A DNA stretch of 64,000 bases from Octopus vulgaris (lineage: Eukaryota): positions 22,258,001-22,322,000 of the forward strand of contig OX597817.1 of assembly GCA_951406725.2 (NCBI GenBank), in the 5' to 3' direction. The stretch's first letter is position 1, and each line of letters opens with the position of its first letter. This document shows, piece after piece, positions 13,322 through 28,975 of the stretch. The notes beneath the pieces were generated by a model. It was given only the letters and a program-made list of their open reading frames with translations, had not been told where the DNA came from and ran no database searches. A program made the position numbers and the translations under genes.

Positions 13322-13470
13322 ACACAGTTCTATATTTAAGAGATGAGGAATTATGTATATTATTTACATTATTTACATTTGATGGATATTTGTCCTCATC
13401 TTGTTTGTTGTTAACACATTTTGGCTGATATACCCTCTAGCCTTCATCAGTATCTTGAAGAAATTTCAAT
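13322..13470 (-). mobile_element. Penelope-like fragment with decayed hammerhead (13411-13457)
   Basis: Minus: CTGATGA-a-ggct(agagggtatatc)agcc-aAAA-tgtg; G12 mutated. Confidence 0.6.
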
Positions 13471-13472
13471 GC

Positions 13473-13523
<51 letters not shown>

Positions 13524-13545
13524 CATTATTATTATTATTATTATT

Positions 13546-13912
13546 CAGCAGTTTTATTTTTATATCGTGCTTTCACTTCACTACCGAGCGCAGATCTGTG
13601 TGCCTTGGGTATGTGCTGTGGTTTGTTGTGATGCTCTTATGGTTAGTGTATTGAAAGTGTTTTGCGTAGGATGTGTACAGTGCCCAGTAGTGCAATTTTC
13701 TGTATATTATATATATTTGTAAGTCCTGGTGTTTTTGTTACGTAGTTGTCTTGAATATTTTTTATTATACCTAATGCGCATACTATGATAGGAATTGTCT
13801 CTGTTTTCAGATTCCCCATTCGAGTTACTGCTATTTCCAGATCTTTGTATTTTGAAAGTTTCTCCATTTCTTTTAGAGACACGTTATCATCTGCTGGTAT
13901 TGATACATCAAT
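13546..13912 (-). mobile_element. Dong/R4-clade LINE, 5'-truncated copy 1 (RLE C-terminus + 3' UTR) in (TAA)n
   Basis: IDVSIPADDNVSLKEMEKLSKYKDL..PIIVCALG..QKIALLGT..ILRK; flanked by (ATT)n. Confidence 0.9.
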
Positions 13913-13948
13913 ACCAGCATTATTATCATTATTATTATTATTATTATT

Positions 13949-14381
13949 CAGCAGTTTTATTTTTATATCGTGCTTTCACTTCACTACCGAGCGCAGCTCT
14001 GTGTGCCTTGGGTATGTGCTGTGATTTGTTGTGATGCTCTGATGGTTATTGTATGGAAAGTGTTTTGCGTAGGATGTGTGCAGTGCCTAGTAGTGCAATT
14101 TTCTGTATGTTATATGTGTTTGTAAGTCCTGGTGTTTTTGTTATGTATTTGTCTGAATATTTTTTTATCATGCCTAATGCACCTACTATGATAGGAATTG
14201 TTTCTGTTTTCAGATTCCACATTCTAGTTACCTCTATTTCCAGGTCTTTGTATTTTGAGAGTTTCTCCATTTCTTTTAGAGACACGTTGTCATCTGCCGG
14301 TATTGATACATCAATTAGAAAGCATTTTTTTCTTCATGATCTCTGACAACTATATCTGGTCTGTTGGCCTTAATTTCTCTA

Positions 14382-14382
<1 letters not shown>
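13949..14382 (-). mobile_element. Dong/R4-clade LINE, 5'-truncated copy 2 in (TAA)n
   Basis: RPDIVV..KKCFLIDVSIPADDNVSLKEMEKLSKYKDL restriction-like endonuclease motif; same 3' end as copy 1. Confidence 0.92.
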
Positions 14383-14459
<77 letters not shown>

Positions 14460-14499
14460 CATCATCATCATCATTATTATTATTATTTTCTATTTTCAG

Positions 14500-14649
14500 A
14501 GCATAATGGCAACAGAATCAGACCAGCTAGTAAACCAGATAAACAAAATGGTGGCAATCCACCATTGCTATCGCACAGTAATCAAACACCACCACGAAAT
14601 AGAGTCACTACGCCCATGAATGAAGTTTGGCTACCAGGCGGAGGACAAG
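14500..14649 (+). CDS. Internal (penultimate) coding exon, phase 1-1, of a probable GPI-anchored cell-surface protein; encodes a flexible stalk
   Basis: Acceptor ttttctattttcag| ends at 14499; donor caag|gtaaga at 14650. The 150 nt are open in phase 1: (x)HNGNRIRPASKPDKQNGGNPPLLSHSNQTPPRNRVTTPMNEVWLPGGGQ(G). GC is higher than in the flanks and it joins in frame to 21347. Confidence 0.75.
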
Positions 14650-14694
14650 GTAAGACTCTACTTCAATTATTCAAGCAATTAGTCTCATAATTTG

Positions 14695-15335
14695 TTACCT
14701 TCCAGCATTGCAGAAGCATATTCTAAGAGGACAGCCTCTGTGCGATGTTGTTGTTTATATTTTCTGTAAACTCCTTGTCATTCATATTAAGGAGGTCTGA
14801 AGGATATCTCACTGGTTCACAAGGAAACAGAATTAACAAAATTACAAAATTACTGTTTCTTTGTGGATATCTGAAATTATATGCCAATAATATGCAGGAG
14901 ATGAAAAAGAGCCTTGACCTGGTTACAACATTCTCAAAGGATATAGGGCTGGAGTTTGGTCAGCATGAATGTTGCTTAATGAAAAGAGGGAAACTGTAAA
15001 CCAGATTTGCAACATCTTCATTAATGGTTTGGCTGTTTCCCCTATATCTGATGAAGAATGTTACAGGTATCTAGGAGTGGATGAAAGCATATCTCACAAT
15101 GGCACCTATAGCAAAATACATGTCACTAAAGAATATTACCTTGGACCTTGGAACTCCCTGCATTCAATAAAATGGTGGCCCACAATGTGTTTGCAGTGCC
15201 AGTACTCATACAAACATTTGGGCTGCCTGATTGGACAATTGATGAGATTCGAGCCATTGATGTGAAAACCTGCAATGACTGGAACAAGCAAAAAACAGGT
15301 CTGCTTGTTCAAGGCTGTCTTGAGGTTTAGCAGCA
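14695..15335 (+). mobile_element. Degenerate Dong/R4-like reverse transcriptase fragment
   Basis: IF*EDSL..LF...N.LS..L, ITKLLF..LKLYA, FSKDIGLEFG..C, YRYLG, NK..AHNVFAVPVL..FG..WT..EI..ID.KT motifs with stops and frameshifts. Confidence 0.85.
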
Positions 15336-15499
15336 ACAGCAATAACACCATTCATTAAGTCAACAGCTCAACAACTTCTCAGTGTCTCAGTACAGAAAAG
15401 CTTTTATCTTGAAAATTCAGTCTTGTGAAACTTTACTGTTGTTGAACAGGACATTGAGAAAGCTGTCTTTTCTCTCTGATTTCTTTGAGATTTTCTGAG

Positions 15500-16190
15500 T
15501 TTCACTCAGATTAATTGATGGGCAGCAAACTTTTTAGAATTCATTGATCAGGTCTTTTGTTGTCTATATTTTATATGTATATATATTGATGATCCTTTGG
15601 TAGCTAACAATAGCAAGGAAACAAAAATCTCAGAGATTTTGTGCCAGTTTTCAAACTATTAGAATGTGTTATTGGCATTTCATCTCTCACATTCCTCAGA
15701 TATCTTGTGGCTATTATAGAATTTCATCACTTCCTGCCAAAGTACCCACCGTTAAAGAATGTTGCCATCCGAAAGACAATAACGGAGAATTACCGACATG
15801 GTAAAATAATAATACCATTTTATCTCAAACTATGCCAAAGAAATGTTTCTTTTAACAGAATTGCTAAAATTGGCAAACTTACAATTAAATTTACCATTTT
15901 CAACTCTTACAACCTTTCACTGGCTGAAATCACTGTTAGCATTAGATACATTACTTGGACACTCCAACAGCTGAACTTTCCATAATGACCTAATCAATCT
16001 GAATTGCTGATATCAACTTTTGATAAAAAGTTAATGACACTTCTCTACCATTGTCTTTCATTTCAAAGAATCTTAATTTTACCAATACCAAATCTACTAT
16101 TTTCAGTACTTCCTTCAATACAAAACGTAGACATATTAGTAATTTACACTGCCTTACAAAATGCTTGTTACATGTAAAAAGTGATAGTGT
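15500..16190 (+). mobile_element. Degenerate Ty3/Gypsy pol fragment (RT to RNase H)
   Basis: QTF..FIDQV, YIDD.LVA, ECVIGISSLTFL.YLV, PLSFISK.L motifs. Confidence 0.65.
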
Positions 16191-16198
16191 AGTACATT

Positions 16199-16706
16199 CT
16201 GAAAATTATAAACTTATAATTTAAGCTTTCTGGAAAATAATAAACTTATAATTTAAGCTTTCTGGAAAATAATAAACTTATAATTTAAGCTTTCTGGAAA
16301 ATAATAAACTTATAATTTAAGCTTTCTGGAAAATAATAAACTTATAATTTAAGCTTTCTGGAAAATAATAGACTTATAATTCAAGCTTTCTGGAAAATAA
16401 TAAACTTATAATTTAAACTTTCTGGAAAATAATAAACTTATAATTTAAGCTTTCTGGAAAATAATAAACTTATAATTTAAGCTTTCTGGAAAATAATAAA
16501 CTTATAATTTAAGCTTTCTGGAAAATAATAAACTTATAATTTAAGCTTTCTGGAAAATAATAGACTTATAATTCAAGCTTTCTGGAAAATAATAAACTTA
16601 TAATTTAAGCTTTCTGGAAAATAATAAACTTATAATTTAAGCTTTCTGGAAAATAATAAACTTATAATTTAAGCTTTCTGGAAAATAATAAACTTATAAT
16701 TTAAGC
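16199..16706. repeat. 32-bp minisatellite, ~16 copies
   Basis: Unit tggaaaataataaacttataatttaagctttc; period 32. Confidence 0.97.
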
Positions 16707-16882
16707 AACATTTTCCATGGGAAACCTATCACTTAGACTTTGTTCAGAGTTGGAACTTGGCATGTTGAAAGAACAAAGAAAATAGTTACTGTTGCTATGT
16801 TTTGTACATTGGTTAATATTATAATTCCAAAGTTGGCAATGGATTTCATTAAATTAACAGTAATGCCAGAAAGTGACCATTA

Positions 16883-17047
16883 TAGGTGCAGGAATGGGTA
16901 TGTGGTAAGTAGCTAGCTTACCAACCACATGGTTCCAGGTTCAGTCCCACTGTGTGGCAACTTGGGCAAGTGTCTTCTGCTATAGCCTAGGGCTGACCAA
17001 AGCCTTGTGAGTAGATTTGGTAGACAGAAACTGAAAGAAGCCCTTCG

Positions 17048-17102
<55 letters not shown>

Positions 17103-17192
17103 ATGTATATGTTGTGCATCTGTGTTTGTCCCCCCAACATTGCTTGACAACCGATGCTGATGTGTTTACATCCCCGTAACTTAGTGGTTCAG
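16883..17192 (+). mobile_element. SINE family A, 3'-truncated
   Basis: Head, core and internal microsatellite present. Confidence 0.85.
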
Positions 17193-18034
17193 TTTTTTGC
17201 AGAGCTACTCCTATCTAATGTATATAGGAATCTTAAAATTGTCCTGTTTGTATGTAACTTTGAAACAGAAAGAAAAGAATTGAGATAGACATAATTTGGA
17301 ATTATTCACTTTGTAAAATTGGTCTTACTGAGACTTCCATGTAGTAATTTAGGTACTTTGAGCCATACATTTTACAATCGTCTGGTTCCCAAAACTTATA
17401 TGTTTTACTTGTTTCACTCATTGGAATACAGCCATGCTGAGGTACTGCCTTGAATGGTTTAGTGGAACATATCAATCCCAGTACAATAATACTTCACTTT
17501 ATGAAACCCCAAGTTTATGAGTTTTATTTTCCAAGCACAAGTTCCAAATTTGGAATGATGTGTGAAAGTTTCTACTACCATAACAAATGCTTCTGTGTAT
17601 TACCAAGAAATTTATAGAGAGAGAAAAAAATCTTCTAAACAAACAATTCTCAACTTTTTTTTACAAAGAAATCTACAAGTCTGTGTATGAGAGCTTGTGA
17701 ATCAGCAATTACATCTACAAGTGATGGTGTGCATGAGTCTAGTGCGAGTGAAAGTGATTCAGAAAACGATTATAAAAATATTTTTTTTATTATAAATTAT
17801 CTCGACATTCTTTTTACATTACACAAAATATTCTTTGCACTCTACTGTTGTTTTATTGCCATTAATTCAGGAGTATTATAAATTTTATGGGTAAAATAAT
17901 ATTTTTCTGATAAAAAATTATGATTTATAACATTGCTACTATGGGAAATTATTGCTCTGCTTTATGAGTTTTCAATTTACAAGCAAACTCTGGAAATCAA
18001 TTAACTCATATATTGAGGCATTACTGTATTTATA

Positions 18035-18304
18035 TTTAAGCTTGGTACTTATTCTGTTGGTCACTTTTGTCAAACTGCTAAGTTATGAGGACATAAACAA
18101 ACACCAGTTGTTGAGCAGTGGGGGACAACACAAGCATAAACACACATAACACAAGAAGCTTCTTTCAGTTCTTTTCTACCAAATCCATTAACAAGGCTTT
18201 GCTTGATCTGGGCTATGGTAGAAGACACTTGCCCAAGGAGCCACGCAGTGGGGTTGAACCTAAATTCACACAGTTGGGAAGCAAGCTTCTCAAGCACACA
18301 GCTA
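18035..18304 (-). mobile_element. SINE family A, diverged, interrupted in its head by a LINE 3' end
   Basis: Core gaagacacttgcccaagg; head continues after 18518. Confidence 0.8.
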
Positions 18305-18506
18305 GCCATCCAAGAATTTGGACCTGGAGATCACCAATTCCAGCGATTTCGAGGGCCACCTTCCAGTGGTGCCGGGCGTTAACAAAGAGCCCTCGACTAC
18401 AAGACAACCAAAGTTTTTTTTTTTCCAAGGTCTGGGGTCTCCCGCCCCTAAGCCCTACACCAACACCTAATCACCCTTATCCATCTTGCTGCTTAACAAC
18501 AACAAC
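18305..18506 (+). mobile_element. LINE 3' end with (CAA)n tail and 12-bp TSD; second copy at 63855-64000 (-)
   Basis: TSD agcacacagcta at 18293-18304 and 18507-18518; close inverted match at window end. Confidence 0.85.
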
Positions 18507-19489
18507 AGCACACAGCTAAACCTGTGCTGAAGTACATAAATTTCAAATTAAGATTATTGTTTTCCATCCAAACAAAAATAATGTCAATGATTTCACAGAT
18601 GTTATTATATATGTAGCTAATTGCTGTAGTTTCTTAGCCTGATATCAGCACTGATGAGGCAGACCTGTGATTAATAGTTTGTTGGAATCATCATTCCATC
18701 TGTTTGTAGATCAGGAAGTATATTGAGCAGCGTGTCCTTTCTTTGTTAATACAAACAGACTATGATTTCAGGTAGATTTGACTGTTATTTATAGCAGCAA
18801 GATTAGTGACTTCAGAGAGGGTCTGCGAACTATAGAGACAGCCTACCAAATTATAGAAATAATCAAACAAAATCAATAGTATTTATTTCATCAAGCTAGG
18901 TAAGGAAAATTGTGGTAAGTGAAGTATAGCTCAAAAGAATTTGAAAGCAGATGTGTACCTACAATTTTCTTGTCAATTTAATTTATCCTCAACAATTGTT
19001 ATATAGAAAATCTAGAACATATATATATAAATACTTACTTCTAAATAAATACTACCGCATCAAGTGATAATAGATATTATAAGCAGCAATTTAGACCAGA
19101 AAAGACAAACAATCCCATTCACTTCAATTCTGACACAAATTACATTGAAAATCTTAGCAGTTAATTTATATCAATTTTACATTTCATTATTTTTATGTGG
19201 AAATGTCTCAAACAATAACATACTTAGCCTTTTTGCCATTGAGTTCCAAATTATTACCTATAGCCAGTAATTGTATGATTTATTTGACTAAATGACTTAA
19301 ATTGAAATGCATGGCAAAATAGATTTCTGCTTGATTGCAAAACCATTATTTTATATGCTAAAATACATAATGGTTGAGTTAATCTGGTTTTATATTTTAG
19401 TGTCTCTGTATTTCTGTGCACATAATTTATATTATACCTCTGGGTAAAAGTTATTAATTCTACTTTCTTAGCATACCAAATAAATAAAA

Positions 19490-19770
19490 TGATGATGATG
19501 ATGATCATCATCATCGTTTAACGTCCGCTTTCCACGCTGGCATGGGTTGGACGGTTCAGCTGGGATCTGGGAAGCAAGAAGGCTGCACCAGGCCCAGTCT
19601 GATCTGGCAGTGTTTCTACAGCTGGATGCCCTTTCTAATGCCAACCACTCCGTGAGTGTAGTGGGTGCTTTTTACGTGCCACCAGCACGGATGCCACTCG
19701 GGCGGCGCTGGCTACGGCCACATTCGGATGGTTCTCTTACATGCCACCAGCACAGGTATCAGAGCTACAA
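19490..19770 (-). mobile_element. SINE family E
   Basis: gtttctacagctggatgccct..taatgccaacc and (CAT)n tail. Confidence 0.85.
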
Positions 19771-19814
19771 ATTCTATTGATGTTATTATAATAATAAAAT
19801 GGCAACAGTAATGA

Positions 19815-20460
19815 AATGATAATTCTTTCTGATTTTATCACAAGGCCAGCAACATTTAGGGAGAGAGGGTTAGTTTATAACATTGAACCTAGAACTGGAC
19901 TGGTACTTTACTTTCTAACTTCTGAAAGGAAGAAAGATAAAGCTGACCACAGTAAGATTTGAACTAAGAAAGTAAGGCACCAGAGGAAATGTTGCTATGC
20001 ATTTCATCCAATGTGTGACCTATTCTGGCAGCTCATGACTTTAATAATAATGATGGTGGGTCTTTCTACTATAGGCACAAGGCCTGAAATTTCAGGGAAG
20101 GCTTTGCTAATTAAGTACATCGACCTCAGTGTCCAACTGGTACTTATTTCATCAAGCCTGAATGAACAAAAGGTTGTCAACCTGGCAGAATTTTGTCTGG
20201 TGCAATAATATTTATGAAGCTTACCAGCTTAATGATCTTAATTATTATATTTTCAAGTTTTGGCACAAGACCAGCAGGTTTTGAGAAGGGGTATAAGGTG
20301 ATTACATCGACCCCAGTGATCAACTAGTACTTCTTTTACTGACCCTGAAAGGGTGAAAGGTAAAGTTGACCTTGGTTGAATTTGAACTCAGGATGTAAAG
20401 AAAAAATGCTGCTAAGCATTTTGCTAGGTGTGTTAATGATTCTGCCAGCTCACTGCCTTA
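19815..20460 (-). mobile_element. Three tandem diverged SINE family B copies
   Basis: Repeated ctggtactt / tttgaactc / ctgccagctc motifs at ~19815-20043, 20062-20200, 20250-20460. Confidence 0.75.
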
Positions 20461-20874
20461 AATGATAATGATAATAATAAAACCTCACAAGATTTATAAT
20501 TTATAATTTATACAAGATCTAGACAGCTTGCAAACATTGAAGTTGATATTGCCTTAAGGGAGAATGCTTTTGCCAGCAGTGGACTTTTTCTCCAATAAAA
20601 TGAATGAAAATATTTCCATTTTTAATTATAAAATACGAGTCGTGGAACAAAAAGAGGATTTTAATTTTGCAGCTTGATTTGTTAAATATGTATAAATTAA
20701 CTAGCAACAATGTTACCTTGTTAATTCTAAAGGTTACGTTTCAAATTTTCTTATGAATAAATATTACCTGATTATTTATTAGCCACTACAGGCTGAGCAG
20801 TTCTGTCCAAACATCAGATAACTTTGACAACAATTTCTTTTGCATTATATTAATAATTTTCATATATGAATGTG

Positions 20875-21225
20875 AAGGCGCGTGGCTCAGTGATTAGAGC
20901 GTCGAGCTTACAATCGTGAGGTTGTGAGCTTGAATCTCGAACCGGGCTGCGTGTTGTGTTCTTGAGCAAGACACTTTATTTCACGTTGCTCCAGTTCACT
21001 CAGCTGTAGAAATGAGTTGCGACGTCACAGGTGCCAAGCTGTATCGGCACTTGCCTTTCCATTGGACAACATCGGTGACGTGGATAGGGGAGACCGGTAT
21101 GCATGGGCGACTGCTGGTCTTCTATAAAACAACCTTGCCCAGAGTTGTGCCTCAGAGGGTAACTCTCTAGGTGCAAACCCATTGTCAGTGTCTGACCGAA
21201 GGGGGTCAAAAAAAAAAAAAAAAAA
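20875..21225 (+). mobile_element. SINE family C, full length with poly(A) and TSD
   Basis: TSD atgaatgtg at 20866-20874 and 21226-21234. Confidence 0.92.
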
Positions 21226-21346
21226 ATGAATGTGGGAATAAAGTGCCATTTAAATTAACATGTATTACTTCATTTTTTTTTTTGCTTGCTTATTTATTGT
21301 TTTTTACATAATGTTTTTTTTTTCTTTCTCATTTATGCATTTACAG

Positions 21347-21459
21347 GCCAATCAGAATCCTCAGCAGCTTTGGGATCCGGATGCAAGAAACCAATTACCG
21401 ATTTACTTTTTTCCTGCTTCTCTCTTCTTCTCGCCATTTCGCAAGTTTGTTGCATATAA
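21347..21459 (+). CDS. Terminal coding exon with GPI-anchor-like signal: (G)QSESSAALGSGCKKPITDLLFSCFSLLLAISQVCCI*
   Basis: Long polypyrimidine tract then catttacag| at 21346. Phase-1 frame gives a small-residue omega region, polar spacer, hydrophobic C-terminus and TAA at 21457-21459. A/T-rich UTR-like sequence follows. Confidence 0.72.
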
Positions 21460-22546
21460 AATTTTTTAAAAACCGGCGTGATTTTAACTAAAGCTTGAGA
21501 GTCTTCCACTTGAATCCAGTGAAAAATCAAAGGTTTGAGATTACAAAACAAACAAAAATATGAAGAAAAAGAAAGGAGAAAATGTATACATATGATAAAA
21601 AAAAAAAAATATAGCATAAATTCTAAAACAAAATCAGAAAACAGGACAGCAGAAATTGTATGACAGATGAAATAACAACAATAGTTTCAAGAAGAAAGAC
21701 AAAAAAAATGTACCAAATTTTGAGAAAGAAACAAAACCAATTTCTTTTATGTTTTCTTATATTTTTTTTTTCATTTATGGTTTGATTTCTTTTGGCAGAA
21801 GAGGGAGTCTTGAAAAAGTTCTCAAAATATTACTTGAAACTAAGTATGAGAAATTTCTTTTAATACATGTATATGCTGGTATGTGTGTGCGCATGAAAGT
21901 ATCTGTATATTGTTAGGCATACGTGTGTTGTGTGTGACACAATGATTTTGAGCATGGCCACAATAGCTTATAAAACTTAAAAATGCATGTACAACATCAT
22001 ATAAACCTGTACAGGCATATCGTTTGTGTTTCCATATGCTGCCATTCCAGAAGTGTCAAGAAAATACAAGCTGAAATAACTATGTTAGATTAAAACATAT
22101 GTATGCATGTACAAAATGAATTAATTTACAAAAACTCTAGCAAATTTAAAGTTTTTGCATGTGAACATACATTTATGGGTGTTTGTTTGTTTGTGCGTGT
22201 ATACACACACAAATACATACATCTCTAGGCTTTATTTTTTTCAATCTATTTAAGCTATATATGAAGACAGGAAAATGTACATATATATATACATACATAA
22301 ACACATACACACACGCACACACATATAGATAACATGGGCAAACATCCTCATTCATGCACACACAAATATATATTTATATAAACGTGTGATAACTAAGATT
22401 ACAGGTGTATATGCGAGTGTAAAGTTAGATAAATAAATATACATAGATACCTAGATATAGATTACATATATATGTAAACAGAATCAAATGTGCATTATAT
22501 CAGCACATTGATATAAATAAACTGCATTATATATGTAGATGAAATT

Positions 22547-22577
<31 letters not shown>

Positions 22578-23339
22578 ATATGAAAGCATACATGCATGCA
22601 CTTACACACAGGTAGACAGGTAGTATTCATACATATGCCCAATACTAAACACAAGATATAATGCCACAAAAGTGCTCAATAAATGATTAGCTGAGAGTTA
22701 AATAAGTCAGAGCTTTGACAGAATCTATGTGATAAACATAGGATGAAGTTTCGGACATCAGGATATACAAAGCAAATTAGGTGCTTGCATATTACATTTA
22801 TTACATACACATGCACACAGATGCATGCGTACACACATACACACAATTCACACCACCCAGAAAATAAATACATTTGTACAAAAAACCAAGATACTGAGAC
22901 ATTTTGAGGATTCAGCAATTTGCTCTTTGGGATGATAGTATGTGGCACTCATGAATGTACGTGTACAGTGTGTATACATATAACTTGATAAATGCCTTCA
23001 GCTAAATTCTTTTCTTTGGCGTTTTCTTTATTTTTTATTCGAGGGGAGGTAATCAGCCTTAAAATATCATGCCTACCTATTTTGTATTTGCCCTTCAAAA
23101 TCGAAGTGCATTGGTGAATAAGTGAGGAAGCAGGATCTATGATTTGTGGCTCACTTATGAGGTGCAACGGAGCATCTAAGCAACATAAGAATAAGATGGC
23201 ATTTGAAGAAAAATTTGCGAGGCTAATTTAGACGTATGTCTGTTTATATATACATGAATACATATATGCATGTGAGCATGCAGGCACATACATGCATAAA
23301 GATACACACAGAAACACACAGCACATAATCTTAACTGTT

Positions 23340-25980
<2,641 letters not shown>

Positions 25981-26246
25981 CTAAGTATGTGTGCCAATAC
26001 ATCGTTATTAAAACAGTACACATTGAGGCCAAGGAAGGAAAAAATATCACAAATATTTTTTTCAGTGGCAATATAAAAATTGATGATTAAAGGCAAAAAT
26101 ATTTTATACCAGGATATCAATAGTTAAATAACTGCAAAATCTAGAACCTCAAATCCTGATACCAAGTTGACTGGAACATTTTTTGCCAAAATATTTTGAA
26201 ACTGTTTAATTCTGCTCGTAATGCCCCTCGCCCCCACGGCCCCTTT

Positions 26247-26458
26247 TGGCATCGAGCTGGCAGAAACGTTAGCATGAAATGCTAAGCCGTATTTCATGTG
26301 TCTTTACATTCTGAGTTCAAATTCTGCCAAGGCCAACTTTGCCTTTCATCCTTCTGGGGGGGTCAATAAATTAAGTACCACTTGTGTACTGGGACCAGTC
26401 TAATTGACTGTCCCTGCCCCCCCCCAAATTTTGAGCCTTGTGGCTAGAGTAGAAAAGA
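26247..26458 (+). mobile_element. SINE family B
   Basis: gagctggcagaaacgttagc...gagttcaaattc...gcctttcatcc. Confidence 0.85.
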
Positions 26459-26724
26459 AAAGAGTGTTCCCCTTTTAACTGTTTTGATATCAATGTTTCC
26501 AGTCAAAAATTCAATAAGACACACACACACACACACGTGTATTTGTGGATGTAGTTTATCAACATGTTGTTTATCAAATTATGTAGCTGATATATCATTT
26601 CCCTAATGTATTTCAAATACATACAAACTAAGTATAGTTGACCATTTTGAAAAGATTGGATTACTAGATAATTATTTTGTGTTTGTTAGTGCATGGAAAA
26701 TTTGAATTGATTATCATAAATATG

Positions 26725-27023
26725 GACATAATTGCATTGACATGTAACAGTCATAAACATATATACACTAAAAATTCATATATGACATACATATGCATAT
26801 GTGTGTGTGTACACATGTGTATACATACATACATATATATATATGTATATAAAATATAATATAATATAACATAATATATAAATATATATATGAATATTTA
26901 TATACATTTATATACATATAAATTGACATAATTGCATTGACATCTACAGTCATAAACATATATACACTAAAAATTGATATATGACATACATATGCATGTG
27001 TGTGTGTACGTATGTGTGTATAC

Positions 27024-27072
<49 letters not shown>

Positions 27073-27150
27073 AAATATAATATAATATAACATAATATAT
27101 AAATATATATATGAATATATATATATATACATTTATATACATGTACATAC
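26725..27150. repeat. ~200-bp tandem duplication of microsatellite-rich sequence
   Basis: gacataattgcattgacat at 26725 and 26925. Confidence 0.9.
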
Positions 27151-28884
27151 ATATGTACATACATAAATACATACATACATACATATATATATATATATAT
27201 TTATATATACGTATATATGTATGTATAGGTATATGTTTATAAGAGAGACACTGAAAGAGAGAGAGAGAGGTGGGGGTTATCACTTAATGACAAGACTACA
27301 CTCATGGTGAAACATTGTTTCCAATATTTTAATCATAACTGAAACTATATATGAATAAATAGAAAGTATTCTAGTCTTTTAAATGTCATTTTTAAACGCA
27401 TAAATTAGCTTGATGCAATTATTGCCAGTATCAATAATACCAGAAAAATTAAAGGAAGTCACTTAATTCAAGGACATTTAAAATCAAATGAAGAATAAAA
27501 TCATATACTCCTGATATCTGGCCAGGTACCTGAAATATTTCGAAACCAAATCTCATCTTCATGGTATTGAATTAATAATTTAGATGATGATATCTGGAAT
27601 TCCATTCTGCTTTTTTGCCTTATAATTCACTCTAAATCCTTTATTTCCTTTGTTGGATAATCTTTCTGGCCTATTTCCATGAGGTTCCTTATCAGATTTA
27701 AATGCAAAGAATGTGTTGAACGTGATAGCACAGAGATTTTCTTGATTTTCATGAATTTTTATCTTATTTCTGTGGTATACTCAAGATCTATGATGTACTG
27801 ATAAATCCTTAACTATCCGAAAATGACTTCGTATATGGAACAGAACAATATTCAAGATCTCAAGAATCGTTGTGCTGTTTGTGTTGTTATTGATCTGATA
27901 GATGGAAATTATTCTTTTGCTAAACATGCAGCTTAAAGCCATGACATTGCAAACTACTATCTATAACTGTCAGATTCATACACTCTGGGTGAATATCTTA
28001 AATATACACTCAGCTATCAGAACAAAACAAATAAAATTTCATCTCATCTCATCACAAAATGTTTCACTAGTCTCACAATATTTAATTTTCATGCTCTGAA
28101 TGAACTAAATACAGGTATCTGGTTTTCCATAGAAAATGCTTCTTTCATATGTAATGCATCCTTCAAGCCTCAATTACTTCAGTTGATTTTTCAAGAGTGT
28201 TATATCAGTTCATATGTGAAATTTTGAATCCAACATTGTTAAAAATATTAAGAGTAATTTTCCTGTTCTTCACCGATAACTTAGTGACAGTATCATTCCG
28301 TTTTTACAGCAGTTTCTCATAGGTGCCCTGGTCAAACACATTCAGGATAACCACCAATTCGACTGAAGATGTTCCACATCGTGGTGAGTTACCGAGTGTC
28401 CAACTTTAGCAGCTATGGATCAAAAACTGCATTTCAATTTATGCATATGTACAATTCATTATCTTGCTTCTAATTATAAACATTTACATTTGCCCAACAA
28501 AACAGGTCATAAGATTATACAGTCTATCAGTTATTAATAGCTTAACTTATTGTGATAAGATATACTTGGAAATATTGGTTTCCAATTCTGGCACAGGGCC
28601 ATAATACACTATCAAATATTAAAATTATGATAAATTTTTTTCTATAATGTCCTTAAGCTGACTTTCAGTTTGGTAACTTCATTAATTTTGTCAGTAATTA
28701 AGTTAATGCTAATTAAAATCTTTTTAAACTAAGAATACTCAAAGAGTAATAAAGTTCTTTTTATTCATATACATACTGAATTGTGATTAAATAAATGGAA
28801 ATAATCTTTAACCATTAGTAGTGTGCTTGTCTTCAAATTAAGTGACACAGCTATATACATAATGCATGTGTATATACAGTACAA

Positions 28885-28927
<43 letters not shown>

Positions 28928-28944
28928 CATACATACATACATAC

Positions 28945-28975
<31 letters not shown>

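Noticed and set aside
16199-16706. 32-bp repeat array as a CRISPR
   Set aside because: No unique spacers, eukaryotic context, no cas genes.
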